Source: Pristiophorus japonicus
Lineage: Eukaryota
DNA: 64,000 bases
Direction: 5' to 3'
NCBI RefSeq assembly: GCF_044704955.1
Contig: NW_027252702.1
Location: forward strand, 620,001-684,000
How positions within the stretch are numbered: the stretch's first letter is position 1; every line of letters starts with the position of its first letter. Positions 39,370 through 53,285 of the stretch are shown here, one piece after another. The translations under genes and the position numbers were made by a program. The notes under the pieces were generated by a model, which worked only from the letters and a program-made list of their open reading frames with translations, searched no databases and was not told the DNA's origin.

Positions 39370-40955
39370 GTAAGGACAGTTCCACAAAGTACCATCACTC
39401 AATCAGTACTCAGTTCTTCAATCTGAAGCCAGCACTGAACAACGCACGCCCGAGTGATGAGATCCCTCTAGCTGTACCAAAATGTAGGGACATCAATTAA
39501 TGCGTCCCGAACTCCCAGGCAGCAAGTGGGCGATAAAATGGTAAGCGCTCAAAATGTGCTCCGCCACAAGCGATGTGTGGACCAATGGTAAGAAGGGGCA
39601 GGATCAGGATTTGTCTAATTTCATGGCACAGTACCCTGGTGATTGTGGGCTATATTTAAGTGGAAACATGCAGTGGTTAAAGACAGATTGATCCTATTCA
39701 CTATGTGAGCAGTAGACTTTGAGTGGTGTTTATTTCAATCTGCTCTTCCTGATTTAAGTCCAGCACAACTCTGAACGGTTGCCGGCAGTGAATTAAAAGG
39801 CAAAATCAACCAATGGGCGCAACCGATCGATGTGCTTCACTATGTAACAGTTCAAGTATTCGAGACCTCTCCACCATCAGTGTTACATGTCACAGGAGAT
39901 GACACATACCCTCTCCCGAACCCAATTATGTGGCACTCTGGTTTGATGGGTGCAAACGCCACCCTTGTGATTACCTTCTCACTTCTAATGGTTCTTATTC
40001 AATCAAATCAAACATTTTGTGCAATAATCGTCCCATCCCCGCCCTGCAAGTGACGGGGAAGCATTCAAACTTTAGCTTTTAGTGAATACAATGAGGGGGA
40101 ATGTTCATTCTTTTACATTTTATCTGATGCATACAGCAGTTATCGATTTCTATGGCCAGAGTGACCATTTTAAGATAAAAACTGAAGATATGTTTTACAA
40201 TTTCTGGGAGTAATTCGCTTAATGTTGTCAAGGTACGGATATCAGAGAAGACATTTCCACTGTCACTAATGGCAATATCCAGCATTGCCAGTCAGGTATC
40301 TCATCATGAAATTATAGTTTCTTCCCTTTAAACTTTTCAAACAATGGTGTATTTAACCTCAACCTACCAACAGAGCTCCTTCCTAACCTCGAGGGTTAGC
40401 TGCTATGTTCCTCTAAACACTTTCTCCTGTAACTGAGACAGCCACAGCGGTGTCAAATGATAGAGCATCCGATGGTTGGTGCTGGTGCTCAGGGCACTGT
40501 TCTGTCCATTGCCCGGACACAGTCAAGTTCACTTCAGAACCAAACTTTATCATTGCAATAGAGAGGACTTTTGGTCACTTTATATGAGCGGTACAGGAAC
40601 CTGCCACCTACAGGCCACAGGGCGGAGGTTGTCCTCCAGCATCAGTCAGTCTGAAGGGTGAAGGTGTCCATCACCGGCGCGCAGACAGTCAGCCCCCTTT
40701 AAATAGCAGGCAGGGCTCGAGCTCGGAATAAATGATCCGAAATATTATTGAGGGCATCATCCAAAGAAGGCAGAAGGCCGAAAGCAACTGGACCCGAATG
40801 GGGAACCAACTTATTAGCTCAGAAGAAATAATCTGAGAAAACCCATAACTCAATACAGTAAGTGGAATTATTCACATCTCTTTGAGTGAGTTACTGTTGT
40901 TGCTTCCCGTGGTTTTAACATGACAGTGTGAAATAACCATTCCCTCTTTTTCTAG

Positions 40956-41276
40956 ATGGTTGTCATGAGGCAGACATTTCTGTCAAGATACTGAACCCTC
41001 TCTTTGAAGAGATTTGGACCCAGCAGACAGCGACCATTGTGTGTGAAGTCGTGTTCAGTGATTTAGAAAACGTCCGCGTGTCCTGGCAAGTGGGAGGCAG
41101 GCGGAGAATGGAAGGAGTAGAGACTCTAACTCCTGACTGGAGCGGAAGTAAATCCGCCATCGTTAGCAAACTGAAAGTCTCCGCGGCCGAGTGGGACAGT
41201 GGAGTTGAATATCTGTGCTTCGTAGATGACAGCGAATTGCCGACTCCAGTGAAAATCTCCACCAGGAAAACAACGG
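40956..41276 (+). CDS. IgNAR: IgNAR C4 exon
   Basis: DGCHEADISVKILNPLFEEIWTQQTATIVCEV...EWDSGVEYLCFVDDSELPTPVKISTRKTT. The N-terminal interchain-type Cys is retained. Acceptor ttttctag, donor G|GTAAGC. Confidence 0.95.
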
Positions 41277-41701
41277 GTAAGCACAGATAATACTCGTTGG
41301 CACACTGATCCGATGATCAATGGTCGGTACAATATATCCGCTGTCTACTGTAAATGTTCCTTTAGTCAGTGACATATAGTCTGGGTGCCTGCTATTCACC
41401 ACATGGGTACAGATTGGCATGAAAACTAAGAGGGGTTTGAACATATTGCATCCCAACACTCAGTGCTTTCTAAATTGGTGACTGCCTCCAATCCTTTGTA
41501 AACTAACATCCTACCACAATAAATCTACCAATGAGAAAGCCCATTAAATACACCCCTGACCAGGCAGAGAAATGTGTAAACTCTCACAGATAGGACACGG
41601 CTCCAAATACCCAAATACGGAGTTTCATTGCAAGAGGGAGACGGGAAGAGAAGAGCGGACAAGGGATACACTCAGTTTAATAAATATTGCTCTCTTTGCA
41701 G

Positions 41702-42084
41702 TTGGTGAAATGCACCGTCCTAAGGTCTACGTGCTGCCTCCATCACCAGACGAGATTGACACTGAGAAGACGGCTACACTGGTGTGCCTGGCCACCGGTT
41801 TTTACCCTGCTGAGATTTACATCGCTTGGATGGTCAATGACACCCTTTTGGATTCAGCTTCCCCGAGCCAACCGGACATGGAGAATAAAACCGGCTCCAG
41901 CTCCATTGGCAGCAGGCTAAGACTGGCCGCGGCGGAGTGGAACAGCGGCGACACTTACTCCTGCTTAGTGGGACACCCGTCCCTCAAAATGAATTTAATC
42001 AGAAGTATCAATAAATCTCACGGTAAACCTACTTTAGTTAACGTTTCACTTGTTCTAACCGACAGTTTTACATCGTGTACATAA
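41702..42084 (+). CDS. IgNAR: IgNAR C5 exon with secretory tailpiece
   Basis: VGEMHRPKVYVLPPSPDEIDTEKTATLVCLATGFYP...YSCLVGHPSL...KSH followed by GKPTLVNVSLVLTDSFTSCT*. NVS glycosylation site and penultimate Cys present. Internal donor G|GTAAAC at 42022/42023 for the membrane form. Confidence 0.96.
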
Positions 42085-42410
42085 CCACCCGTGGTTGAGT
42101 GGATATTTGCTATAGAAGTGTTGCTGCTGTGATGTTCATCATTGTTTGTGTTTCAGTCAGCGAATCTCCCATTTACCCTCCGTCACTGTCAACCTCCAGA
42201 TCAGATAACAATTGATGATGTATTTCTCTGATATGCCAAACTATATCCCTCAATGTTGCATAATTCTGGTTGAAATCTGATAACCATGAATAACCTTAGT
42301 ACCGTTTTGTACAAAGCTGCTATATGTCTCAAGATCCCTTGAAGGGTTGCGTGATGTTGTTGGATAAATATGAAATTGAGCTGAAGTCTGAATATGGCTC
42401 CGCTTCTTGT

Positions 42411-42416
42411 AATAAA
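42411..42416 (+). terminator. Poly(A) signal of the secreted IgNAR mRNA
   Basis: First AATAAA after the stop, followed by a GT/T-rich tract at about 42446-42470. Confidence 0.7.
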
Positions 42417-42739
42417 AGCAGAATGAAAACCTTATGTCTTCCCGAATTTTTGTTTGTATGCGTTTGATCTTCGTGATGATGATTTACAACTTGATCCAAC
42501 ACATATGTTGAACCATTGTGTAATATTCTGCCTGTGCAGCACGTTCCCTTTGCTCCACTTTATGGAGACATTACTGGTGCTTTGAATCAGCTTACACTGA
42601 TCTTCAGCTTCTTGGAAGCTTACAGAACTCTTGTGGTGTGCAATTGGCCAATGAGATGTCCATTTGTAGAAAGGAAAGAATAAAGGTGAACGATTATCCT
42701 GCTGCCCATTAGAATGTCAGCTATGCACTAAGACTGGCG

Positions 42740-43840
42740 ATTGGCACCTACTTATCCATTGGTAGCCAGATAATCTCCCTCATTGGCGTCTCTTCCGTCT
42801 CCCTCACCGTTACCTGTGATGTCCCCCAAGGATCTATCTTCAGTACCCTCCTCTTTCATTACATGCTGCCCCTCGGTGACATCATCAAACATCAGATACC
42901 ACATGTACGCTGAAGACACAAAGCTCTATCTCACCAACACCTCTCTGAACCCATCCACTGCCTCTGATTTGTGACGCGAACTGATACAGGATGAGCAGGA
43001 TTTTTTTTGTCTTTAAATAATGAGCAGAACGAAGTCATTGTCTTCGGACCTCGCTACAAACTCAATTTCTTAACCACGGACTCCTGCCCTCTCCCAGAAC
43101 TATGTTGCAGCCTGAATCAGACTGTTAGGAACCCTGGCAACATAACTGGCCGTGAGCTGGGATTCAAAATCCATATCCTCCCCTTCACCATGACCATCTA
43201 CTTCTACCTCAGTAATATTGCCTGTCTCTACCCGGTCACAGATCATCTGCTGCTGAAACTCACAGGCGTGCCTTGGTTTCCTAGGGAACTGACTACACAA
43301 TATTCTACATGCCAGTCTCCCAATTTCCACCCTCCATCAAATTCTGTTGATCCAAAACTCTACCACCTATATTTTATCTGGCACCAAGTCCTGTTCACCC
43401 ATCAACTCTGTGCTCGGGGACCTACTTTGTCTCCCAGACCTGGCAACACATCAATTTGTAAAATCTTTCCCATGTTTTCAAATCCTTCCATGGCCTATCC
43501 AATCCCTGCTGCTGTAACCTATTTTAGTGCTCCGACTCTCAGCGATTTCTGCTTCCTCCAAAGCTAGCCTCTTGTTCTTCCCCGATTACCATCGTCCCAC
43601 CAGTGGTGGGCGTGCCTTTAGCTGCCGAGTCACTAAACTGTGACATTCCCTCCCTAAACCTCTCTGCCACCCTACCTCTCTCTCGTGTAAGTCGCTGATT
43701 AAAACTTCGCTGTTTGACCAAGCTTTTCGTCTCCTGTCCCAATCTATCCTGATGTGGAATAATGTGCATTTTTTCAGTTTACTCACTGGTGAAACGCCTT
43801 TGGGAAATGTTACTACCCTAAAGGCGCTATCTAAATGCAC
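42740..43840 (+). mobile_element. Old L2-like LINE fragment
   Basis: Degenerate VPQGS and HMYAEDTKLY RT motifs. The 3' end resembles aaaggcgctat.taaatgca. Confidence 0.65.
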
Positions 43841-45580
43841 TCCTGCGATGATGGTGTTTTTTTTATTCGCAATAAAAATATAAAGACACCCTCCCCGCCC
43901 ACCCCAAAATATCAGACAGTATTAGCATAAACCGGCAGTGTGTATAATCCGAGACTTGACAGTAGTGACTCATTCTGGATATTCTAGGAATCATTAACTT
44001 CATTTTATTCGGACTACAGTAGCCATAGAATACCGGGTACATGCACATCTCAGGTCATAATCTGAGGCTCCTAGTTGGCGTACGAGATGTATACTCTCCC
44101 GCCGGTGCAAAAACCAGAACTTGCAATCTGTCAACAACACTCTTGAAAAAGATTTTACAAAGCATGAAAGTTAAATGTCACCAAACATTTATACATTTAA
44201 ACCCTGTGCAACAAGGAATATTTTTTCAGCCTCATTAAAACATGCAGAATTATTTTTCAAAACATTCCATTTTTTCTAAAAAAATTAAATTAAATTCAAT
44301 TTTAATTAATTTTCAATATGTTTTTTTTGGTTGAAGTTTTGACGTATTTTCGGGGTTATTTCCATTCATACATATGAAATAAGCATATATGGGGATTCCC
44401 ATCTTTTATTGGTTGGGCGGATAATGATCCTCGGGATGCTTGCGAACCTGCTGCGGTCCTGGGAAACTTGAGCCTCTCCCCGCGGGTACCCGGGGCGGCC
44501 CAGGACGCAAAATCTCCGTACCTCCCGGACCAACAGGTAGAGGGGCATTTTATTTTCGGATCCGACACATTTCCCCACCGGAATCCTGCCACTTATAATT
44601 CAGGCCTGTCGTGTATCTATTGGAGAAATCTCGAGGTAGCATACAGGAATATACCATACCACGTGTTATAGTTTCCAAAAAATAATAATAATCGATACAA
44701 CAGAGAATTGTAGAATAACCCAACAGTTAAGTGTATGGCAGCGCCATCAACGTGAGTCACACCTAATCCTAATGACAGTGAGGCGGGTCTAACGCTCTGT
44801 GTAAGTGATAATTTAAAATACTGCCAGCTTTACCCATTGAAGTAGTATCACACAACTTGCCTGTGTCCGCGAGTGACCTTTGTTGCAAAATCTCGATCGG
44901 TTTTCACAGTCCAACAAAGAGTGCGCTGATTAAACATAGTTAAATCTTGAGCCTGAAATGTGACCCCGCCCCGGTTTAATGTATATCAGTTTAGCAGGTG
45001 AACCGCAAGGGATTTGAACCGATACACAGTCCACTCTTCTGCTAAGAATTTCACTCCTTTGAATATAGTGTCATTATCTTTGTTGTCAGCTGCCCGATGA
45101 GAAATGATATTGAATCAATCGCACTTGTCAGCATCATGAATATTTTTTCACGGAATGGTAAAAATGTTGGATAAATGTGCTGTAGAATCTCAGTCCTCTG
45201 CCCTATATACTCTGATCGCTAATGTCATCACACAACCTAGTTTCTCCCCATTGCCCTGAGAATCACTATCACCCACATAAAACATAGGAACCGAAGAAAT
45301 AGGAGCAGTAGTCGGCCATATGGCCCCTCAAACCTGTTCTGCCATTCAATAAGATCATGGCAGATCTGATCATGCACTCAGCTCACTTCCCTGCACGCTC
45401 CTCATAACGTCTTATTCCCTTATCAGTTAAAATCGCATTAACATCTGGCTGGTTAATGTTTGAATTACATTTTCAAGTTGCCTCAGTACAACCTGTAATA
45501 CACCATGTTCCTCACGACAGCCAGGTCCGTGCTATTACACCAGCTTTGTATCCATTCTGTATTCAACCAGAACACATTTA

Positions 45581-48489
45581 TAGGGAGGGAGAACAGCCAG
45601 TTGTCGTGGTGCACATTGGGACCAACGACATAGGTAAAAAAAAGGGATGAGGTCCTACGAAACGAATTTAAGGAGCTAGGAGCTAAATTAAAAAGTAGGA
45701 CCTCAAAAGTAGTAATCTCGGGATTGCTACCAGTGCCACGTGCTAGTCAGAGTAGGAATCGCAGGATAGCGCAGATGAATACGTGGCTTGAGCAGTGGTG
45801 CAGCAGGGAGGGATTCAAATTCCTGGGGCATTGGAACCGGTTCTGGGGGAGGTGGGACCAGTACAAAGCGGACGGTCTGCACCTGGGCAGGACCGGAACC
45901 AATGTCCTAGGGGGAGTGTTTGCTAGTGCTGTTGGGGAGGATTTAAACTAATATGGCAGGGGGATGGGAACCAATGCAGGGAGACAGAGGGAAACAAAAA
46001 GGAGGCAAAAGCAAAAGACAGAAAGGAGATGAGGAAAAGTGGAGGGCAGAGAAACCCAAGGCAAAGAACAAAAAGGGCCACTGTACAGCAAAATTCTAAA
46101 AGGACAAAGGGTGATAAAAAAACAAGCCTGAAGGCTTTGTGTCTTAATGCAAGGAGTATCCGCAATAAGGTGGATGAATTAACTGTGCAAATAGATATTA
46201 ACAAATATGATGTGATTGGGATTACGGAGACGTGGCTCCAGGATGATCAGGGCTGGGAACTCAACATCCAGGGGTATTCAACATTCAAGAAAGATAGAAT
46301 AAAAGGAAAAGGAGGTGGGGTAGCATTGCTGGTTAAGGAGCAAATTAAGGCAATAGTTCGGAAGGACATTAGCTTGGATGATGTGGAATCTATATGGGTA
46401 GAGCTGCAGAATACCAAAGGGCAAAAAACGTTATGGGAGTTGTGTACAGACCTCCAAACAGTCGTAGTGATGTTGGGGAGGGCATCAAACATGAAATTAG
46501 GGGTGCGTGCAATAAAGGTGCAGCAGTTATAATGGGTGACTTTAATATGCACATAGATTGGGTTAACCAAACTGGAAGCAATACGGTAGAGGAGGATTTC
46601 CTGGAGTGCATAAGGGATGGTTTTTTAGACCAATATGTCGAGGAACCAACAAGGGGGGAGGCCATCTTAGACTGGGTGTTGTGTAATGAGAGAGGATTAA
46701 TTAGCAATCTCGTTGTGCGAGGCCCCTGGGGGAAGAGTGACCATAATATGGTGGAATTCTGCATTAGGATGGAGAATGAAACAGTTAATTCAGAGACCAT
46801 GGTCCAGAACTTAAAGAAGGGTAACTTTGAAGGTATGAGGCGTGAATTGGCTAGGATAGATTGGCGAATGATACTTAAGGGGTTGACTGTGGATGGGCAA
46901 TGGCAGACATTTAGAGACCGCATGGATGAACTACAACAATTGTACATTCCTGTCTGTCATAAAAATAAAAAAGGGAAGGTGGCTCAACCGTGGCTATCAA
47001 GGGAAATCAGGGATAGCATTAAAGCCAAGGAAGTGGCATACAAATTGGCCAGAAATAGCAGCGAACCCAGGGACTGGGAGAAATTTAGAACTCAGCAGAG
47101 GAGGACAAAGGGTTTGATTAGGGCGGGGAAAATGGAGTACGAGAAGAAGCTTGCAGGGAACATTAAGACGGATTGCAAAAATTTCTATAGATATGTAAAG
47201 AGAAAAAGGTTAGTAAAGACAAACGTAAGTCCCCTGCAGTCAGAATCAGGGGAAGTCATAACGGGGAACAAAGAAATGGCGGACCAATTGAACAAGTACT
47301 TTGGTTCGGTATTCACTGAGGAGGACACAAACAACCTTCCGGATATAAAAGGGGTCGGAGGGTCTAGTAAGGAGGAGGGACTGAGGGAAATCCTTATTAG
47401 TCGGGAAATTGTGTTGGGGAAATTGATGGGATTGAAGGCCGATAAATCCCCAGGGCCTGATGGACTGCATCCCAGAGTACTTAAGGAGGTGGCCTTGGAA
47501 ATAGTGGATGCATTGACAGTCATTTTCCAACATTCCATTGACTCTGGATCAGTTCCTATGGAGTGGAGCGTAGCCAATGTAACCCCACTTTTTAAAAAAG
47601 GAGGGAGAGAGAAAACAGGGAATTATAGACCGGTCAGCCTGACATCGGTAGTGGGTAAAATGATGTAATCAATTGTTAAGGATGTCATAGCAGTGCATTT
47701 GGAAAGAGGTAATATGATAGGTCCAAGTCAGCATGGATTTGTGAAAGGGAAATCATGCTTGACAAATCTTCTGGAATTTTTTGAGGATGTTTCCAGTAGA
47801 GTGGACAAGGGAGAACCAGTTGATGTGGTATATTTGGACTTTCAGAAGGCTATCGACAAGGTCCCACACAAGAGATTAATGTGCAAAGTTAAAGCACATG
47901 GGATTGGGGGTAGTGTGCTGACATGGATTGAGAACTGGTTGTCAGACAGGAAGCAAAGAGTAGGAGTAAATGGGGACTTTTCAGAATGGCAGGCAGTGAC
48001 TAGTGGGGTGCCGCAAGGTTTCTGTGCTGGGGCCCCAGCTGTTTACACTGTACATTAATGATTTAGACGAGGGGATTAAATGTAGTATCTCCAAATTTGC
48101 GGATGACACTAAGTTGGGTGGCAGTGTGAGCTGCAAGGAGGATGCCATGAGGCTGCAGAGCGACTTGGATAGGCTAGGTGAGTGGGCAAATGCATGGCAG
48201 ATGAAGTATAATGTGGATAAATGTGAGGTTATCCACTTTGGTGGTAAAAACAGAGAGACAGACTATTATCTGAATGGTGATAGATTAGGAAAAGGGGATG
48301 TGCAACGAGACTTGGGTGTCATGGTACATCAGTCATTGAAGGTTGGCATGCAGGTACAGCAGGCGGTTAAGAAAGCAAATGGGGTACTGAAGTTGCATGT
48401 TCAGCCATGAACTCAATGAATGGCGGTGCAGGCTAGAGTGGCCGAATGGCCTACTCCTGCACCTATTTTCTATGTTTCTATGTTTCTAT
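45581..48489 (+). mobile_element. Young CR1 LINE (partial ORF1 + ORF2) with frameshifts and an internal deletion, in the C5-TM intron
   Basis: ORF1 motifs VVVHIGTND and DGLHL. ORF2 pieces 46029-48410 are near-identical to the 17-20 kb copy. About 0.55 kb is deleted at about 48380. Tail ends at 48489. Confidence 0.96.
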
Positions 48490-48514
48490 AACAATTTCCA
48501 TCTTTTGATTCTAG

Positions 48515-48672
48515 AAAGCCCTCCAATAAGGGAAGATCCAGGAGACTACGAGGTAGAGGAAAATGGACCAGAAAAGTTTGATGAGAATGGCAGCACCACA
48601 TCAACAGTCATCGCTCTGGTGATTCTGTTTATTCTCAGTATTGTGTACAGCACATGTGTAACGTTCCACAAG
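48515..48672 (+). CDS. IgNAR: IgNAR transmembrane exon TM1
   Basis: ESPPIREDPGDYEVEENGPEKFDENGSTTSTVIALVILFILSIVYSTCVTFHK: acidic spacer plus a CART-like LFxLSxxYSTxVT motif. Acceptor gattctag is phase-compatible with the C5 internal donor. Donor AAG|GTAAAC. Confidence 0.93.
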
Positions 48673-48756
48673 GTAAACCCGATCTTCAATAGCAAGCTGA
48701 ATTTGTGAAATTTCATTCTAAATTTGACTGTTTATTTTAGTATATCCACATCAGAG

Positions 48757-48900
48757 TCAGACCCTCGAAGTCGAAGAAGACTTGCTTCCATTCCAAAAGT
48801 GAGTTCTCAGCTTACTGTACAGTCCAATACGGGAATTACAGTCTCTGTCACAGGTGGGGCAGACAGTAGTTGAATGAAAGGGTGGGTGGGGAGTCTGGTC
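48757..48900 (-). mobile_element. RTE-like LINE 3' remnant
   Basis: CPTCDRDCNSRIGLYSKLRTH resembles the RTE ORF C-terminal zinc-finger-like motif. Confidence 0.55.
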
Positions 48901-49399
48901 TCCTTCAGGCTCCTTCCACTGCCTGGGCTTGCTTTCTGCATTGCCAATTTGTCTGTCGCGTTTCACACATTCCAAAAGTGACTATACTTCAAAAGTACTT
49001 CAGTGGCTGAAAGGTGCTTTGAGAGGTCTGGTGGTCGGAAAAGGCGCTATATAAAAGCTAGTTGTTCTGTTTTCTTGTTTAAACTTGCCCCGCTATAATG
49101 ATACCCTCCCGCCACTTGTGGTGCTGTCGAAGCTCAGCATTGCCTCTGACAGAGAATCAGCCTGTTCTGAAGATCAGCTCCGAGGAGAGCTACTTCTCTG
49201 CATCCACAATTGTGTTTTTCTATTTCACTATAAATAGTGATATAAAATCAAAGTATTTTATAATCAGAAGAACAGACTACAAACCTTGAAAATAGGGATT
49301 GGTATGTTACAATGTTTTTTTCCAAATGTATCCTAGAAATATAAAATGCTGGACCAACACAGAAAAAAGCACACCATTCGGGCCAACCTGCCAGTGCCG

Positions 49400-52300
49400 G
49401 AAAGAGTTATACATGTATCCCAGTATCCGGCTCTTTCCCCATAACTTTGCATTTTTATCTGTCAAATATTTATGCAATTCCATTTTTCATTTCCTATCTG
49501 GTTATTTTGTCAATTACTTTAAATCTGCGTCCTCTGTGTACCGACCATTCTGCCACTGGAAACAGTTTCTCCTGATTTATTCCTCCATCAATATCCCATT
49601 AATCTGCACTGCCCCAAGGATAACAACCGCAGTCTCCAATTCTTTCCACATAACTGATGTCTTTCATTAATGTTATCAATCTCGTAAATCGACAGGCAAC
49701 CCTCTCTAAGCCGTGAAATAGACACTCAAGTGTGGTGCCCACATTTGGTCACAAAATCCAGCTGATGCCAAACCACTCTTTCATAAATGTTTAGCGTATC
49801 TCACATGCTTTGGTTCTCTTTCCTTCGATATATAAAGCCAACGACCCTTGTGCCTTTTAAGCAACTTCTCAAGCTTTTCTGCCACCTTCAAAGACCTGTG
49901 TACATATACCTTCGGTGTCTCTCTTCCATTAACATTGTACCATTAATTTATATTGCATCTCATGCGTCATACCAAAATGTATCACTCGAACTCCATTGCC
50001 TTGAATTTCATCTGCCATCTATCTGCTCATTTCATCAGTCTGTATAATTCTTCTTGAAATCTGTTATAATCCACCTCACCATTTAGTACATATCCACGTT
50101 TTGACTCATCTACAAACTTTGAAATTATTCTTTCTATACCCAGGTGCTCTGCACTTTCCATCCTTACTTCTCCTAGGAATCGTATATATATATATATAAA
50201 TCAAAGCAATCAAGATGAAAAATGGCAGAAGTTCCAACATCGGCCTCTTCTCTACTGTCTTAACGCAGGCGTTCATCATTGATCTCTATTTTCTATCCAT
50301 TGGCCAAGGCCTTATCCATGTAACTACGGCGCCTTTAATTTCATTAGCTTCAATGCTGCTTGCAAATTTATTATTGGTGCCTCAGCAAACTTCTTTTGAA
50401 AATCCATGAAGACCACATCACCCGCACCATCTTCATCTATCCGCTCCGTTACATCATCAACATAATCCATCAAGTCAGTCAAAGATGATTTATCTTTTAC
50501 AAATCTGCGCTGGTTTTCATTTTTAGCCTGTATTTTCTAAACACCAATTATTTGTTTTCCGGAATATGTCCTCAAAAGGTTTTCCCATCAGCATCGTTAG
50601 ACTGATTGGTCTACCGTTGCCGGCTTTTTCCTTCTCCCCTTTTTGAAAATGGTGTAACACCTGTAATCCTCCAATCCTCTGGCATTACCACATGTAAGGA
50701 ATTTTGGACAATTGTGGCCAGATGCTCTGCAATTTCCATTCTTACATCTCTCACCAAACTAGGATGCGTCCCATCAGTACTGGGTGATGTTTCCACCTTG
50801 TGGAATGCTAACATTTTAAGTAGTTCCAATTTATCTACTTTTGTCCTATCCAATTTATCTACTGCCACCTCCTTTACTGTGAAATTTTCAGCACCTTCCA
50901 CTTTAGTGAAGACATGCAAAGTACTATTTTTTGCCTCTGCCATCCTCTCCGGCTCCACAAGAAGATTTCCAATGTTGTCGCTAATCGGCCCCACCCTTCC
51001 TTTGACTACCCTTGCAGTATTCATGTTTATAAATGATTATGTCTTCGCCGCTACATCAGCCGCTAATTTTTTCTCTGACACAATCTTTGACCCTCTCAGT
51101 TCCTGTTTCTCGTCTCCGCTGTACATTTAATATTCAGCCTGTTCCTTTACTAAATTTAAAATCCAATATTTATCAAAGTTTCATTTTTATGCTTCATTTT
51201 AATCACAATATATTTAGTCATCAACATAGCTCTAGCGTTGGATGAAACTCCATTCCCCCTCGTGGAAATGTTTCGAGTCTGTACCTATGCTATCGAATGG
51301 AAACCTAGAAACATAGAAAATAGGTGCAGGATAGGCCATTCGGCCCTTCGAGCCTACACCACCATTCAATAAGATCATGGCTGTTCATTCCTTCAGTACA
51401 CCATTCCTGCTTTCTCTCCATACCCCTTGAGCCCTTTAGCCATAAGGTCCATATCTAACTTCCTCTTGAATATATCCAATGAACTGCCATCAACGATTCT
51501 CTGCGGTAGAGAATTCCACAGGTTAACAAATCTTTGAGTGAAGAAGTGCCTGCTCATCTCAGTCCTAAATCGTATACCCATTATCCTTAGACCATGTCCC
51601 CTTGTTCTGGACTTCCCCAACATCAGGATTATTCTTCCCACATCTAACCCGTCAGAATGTTGTATATTTCTATGCGATCCCCTCTCATCCTTCTAAAATC
51701 CAATGTATAAAGGCCAAATCGATAAAATCTCTCCTCATATGTCAGTCCTGCGATCCCGGGAATTAGTGTGATGAACCTTCGCTGCACACCCGCAATAGCA
51801 AGAACGTCCTTCCTCAGATTAGGAGGTCAAAGCTGAACACAATATTCAAGGTGAGTCCTCACCAAGGCCCTATACAATTGCAGTAAGATCTCCCTGCTCC
51901 TCTACTCAAATCCCCTAGCTATGAATGCCATCATACCATTTGCCTTCTTCACCGCCTGCTGTACCTGCATGCCAACTTTCAATGACTGATGAACCATGAC
52001 ACCCGGATTTCGTTACATCTCCTAATCTGCCGCCAGTCAGGTAATATTCTGCCTTCGTGCTTTTGCCCCCAAAGTGGATAAACTCACATTTATCCACATT
52101 ACACCGCATCTGCCACTCAGCTAACCTGTCCATTTCACCCTGCAGTCTCTTAGCGTCTTCCTCACAGCTCTCACCGCCACCCAGATTAGAGTCATCTGCA
52201 AACTTTGAGATATTACACTCAATTCCTTCATCGAAATCACGAATATATATATTGTAAATAGCTGGGATCCCAGCAGTGTGCCCTGCGGCACCCCACCATT

Positions 52301-52693
52301 TGCTGCCTGCCATTTGAATGCCTTTCATTGCTCAGTTCCTGATTTACCTGTCAGTCTTTCATTCCAGTCCACCTGGACCAGATCCTATTAAAATCACTGG
52401 AATTAACCATCAACAAGTTGAATATTTTCTCCCTTGAATGTTCCGTGTCCATTTCCATAACTACTTTAATCCTAATAATATTGGTATCTCTGTTTCCTAA
52501 ATGCATTTTGTCTGAATAATACTGCATTCGCCCTATTCCTTTCGCCAGTAGCAGATTCCGCATTGCTTCCATCCTTGTTGGGCTGGAATCAACCTTACCA
52601 AGAAAATTCTCCTCGACATATTTCAGGAAATACTCCCTTTACAATGTTACTGTCCCAGTCTCTATTAGCAATGTTTAAGTCCCCTATTATCAC
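49400..52693 (-). mobile_element. Old CR1 (continues after the ERV at 62309 to about 63750), with a younger CR1 3' fragment nested at about 51300-52310
   Basis: Degenerate ORF2 pieces (50611..51024 VTPFSKRG; 51393..51641; 51915..52328). Endonuclease-region sequence is interrupted at the ERV TSD and resumes beyond it, with ORF1-like pieces at 62774..63013. Confidence 0.75.
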
Positions 52694-53235
52694 TGTCGAG
52701 GAAATTTCTAAGTTAAAGTAACTCAAGCGGAGATTTCAGAGTCTTGCTTCAAGAGATTCTTTAATATGTACAGGCGAGATATCTCGGAGAGCTGCTTGGT
52801 CCTTACCAAGGCAATACTCTGAAATTCTATAGAAACTTGTTCCATCTTTATACAGAAAAAAAGGAATTTTATCTCTACAATTGACACCTACATTATTCAG
52901 GAACATTACCAATTCTAAACAGGGCACAAAGGTCAGTTTACACAGCCCAACAGTATCTTGTCACGTCATTATTCAATCTTTTCGAGGGTCAGCAAGATCA
53001 TCACTAAAAGCCCCTCTTATCAGAGAAATCAGTTTGTCCAGGCAATGGGGGTATCTTAACATATACAAATACCAGATGTACAGCTTTCATGTTATCTGTT
53101 CTTTTCTAACAAAGAAGAGACATCAAGTATTTTCTGGCCTTGCAGGATTCTGCAGTCTCAGCACAGAATTAAACTTACTAAAAGGAAAAGAGAAATTTAA
53201 CCCCTTCCTATATCGTGAACTAAAGTTCTTCCACA
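52694..53235 (-). repeat. ERV 3' LTR (542 bp)
   Basis: Matches 61762-62303 with no mismatch seen by eye. ATTAAA poly(A) signal on - at 52760-52765. Preceded by the PPT AAGGAGGGAG at about 53237-53246. Confidence 0.98.
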
Positions 53236-53285
53236 ACTCCCTCCTTGTTGATCTTTTATCTTTAATGATCAACATGCTTTCCTTC

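Noticed and set aside
48673-49400. IgNAR TM2 (cytoplasmic) exon
   Set aside because: No convincing short exon found. The acceptor-like site at about 48740 reads into an RTE remnant. TM2 may lie further downstream.
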